Below are positions 50,447-64,000 of a DNA stretch of 64,000 nucleotides, piece by piece. Made by a program: the position numbers and the translations under genes. Position 1 is the first letter of the stretch, and every line of letters begins with the position of its first letter. The stretch comes from an uncultured Gemmatimonadales bacterium (GTDB lineage: Bacteria > Gemmatimonadota > Gemmatimonadetes > Longimicrobiales > Longimicrobiaceae): contig OY970303.1 in assembly GCA_963716255.1 (NCBI GenBank), positions 2,240,001 through 2,304,000 of the forward strand, read 5' to 3'. The notes under the pieces are model-generated. The model was not told where the DNA came from. It worked only from the letters and a program-made list of their open reading frames with translations, and ran no database searches.

Positions 50447-50543
50447 GGAGTCTTCTCCACCAGATGGGTTGTGAGAGGCGCCACCGCTCGCGCGCCCGGT
50501 CGTTGCAGGGAGGCGGGCGGGGCCCCGGGAGAAGCCCGTGTCG

Positions 50544-63488
<12,945 letters not shown>

Positions 63489-63553
63489 GGCACGGGCACG
63501 GACGAAAGCGGCCGGCGTGGAGGCTGCGGCGACAGGGGGCAGGCCACGGCGCG

Positions 63554-64000
63554 CTAGCCCAGCAGCTGCGCCAGGCGGGACATCTCCCCGGCGTCGAACT
63601 GGGCGAGCTGGGCGTCGAGAACCTGCAGGGCGAGGGTGGACAGCACGGGCTTCTCGAAGATGTCGCGCAGCGCGATCTCCACCTCCATCTCCTGCCGGAT
63701 GCGGAGTGCGAGCCTGCTGGCGAGCAGGGAGTGGCCGCCCAGCTCGAAGAAGTGGTCGTTGCGGCCAACCCGCTCCACTCCCAGCAGCTCCGACCAGACC
63801 GCGGCCAGCGCCATCTCCGTCTCGCCCTCGGGAGCCTCGTAGCCGCGCCGCGTGTAGGCGTCTCCTTCCGGTGCCGGAAGCGCACCGCGGTCCAGCTTCC
63901 CGTTCGGCGTCAGCGGCATCGCATCCAGCCACACGTACGCCGCGGGCACCATGTACTCGGGGAGCCGCTCGCCCAGGTGCGCGCGCAGCTTCTCGACCTC
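63554..64000 (-). CDS. 3' end of an upstream NRPS (end of A domain, T domain, docking tail)
   Basis: LPEYMVPAAY..PLTPNGKLDR, FFELGGHSLL, tail LQVLDAQLAQFDAGEMSRLAQLLG*. Confidence 0.93.
   Translation of the reverse strand, partial: EVEKLRAHLGERLPEYMVPAAYVWLDAMPLTPNGKLDRGALPAPEGDAYTRRGYEAPEGETEMALAAVWSELLGVERVGRNDHFFELGGHSLLASRLALRIRQEMEVEIALRDIFEKPVLSTLALQVLDAQLAQFDAGEMSRLAQLLG

Overview
Very GC-rich bacterial DNA. The gene content and NRPS style suggest Gemmatimonadota (Longimicrobium-like), which is an inference only. Three blocks, almost all on the minus strand. (1) <1-27572: a lipopeptide NRPS line. One gene encodes FAAL-ACP plus six C-A-T modules, and a second adds at least two more and runs off the window. 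It contains near-identical duplicated segments and is preceded by a sigma70-like promoter and a leader of about 470 nt. (2) About 28.4-43.1 kb: a visibly less GC-rich accessory island of small genes, gene fragments and exported hydrolases. It carries four attC-like sites and a frameshifted N-terminal remnant of an integron integrase on the opposite strand, so it reads as a decayed integron lying between two NRPS clusters. (3) 43.4->64 kb: the 3' part of a second NRPS cluster. A 4-module, TE-less NRPS with a dual E/C domain is followed by an orphan ABC permease, a PLP aminotransferase, a NodU/CmcH carbamoyltransferase with an RRE/PqqD-like C-terminal extension, and a proline trans-4-hydroxylase-like dioxygenase. 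A-domain codes were read by eye against GrsA motifs and all family assignments come from recalled motifs, so both need computational confirmation.
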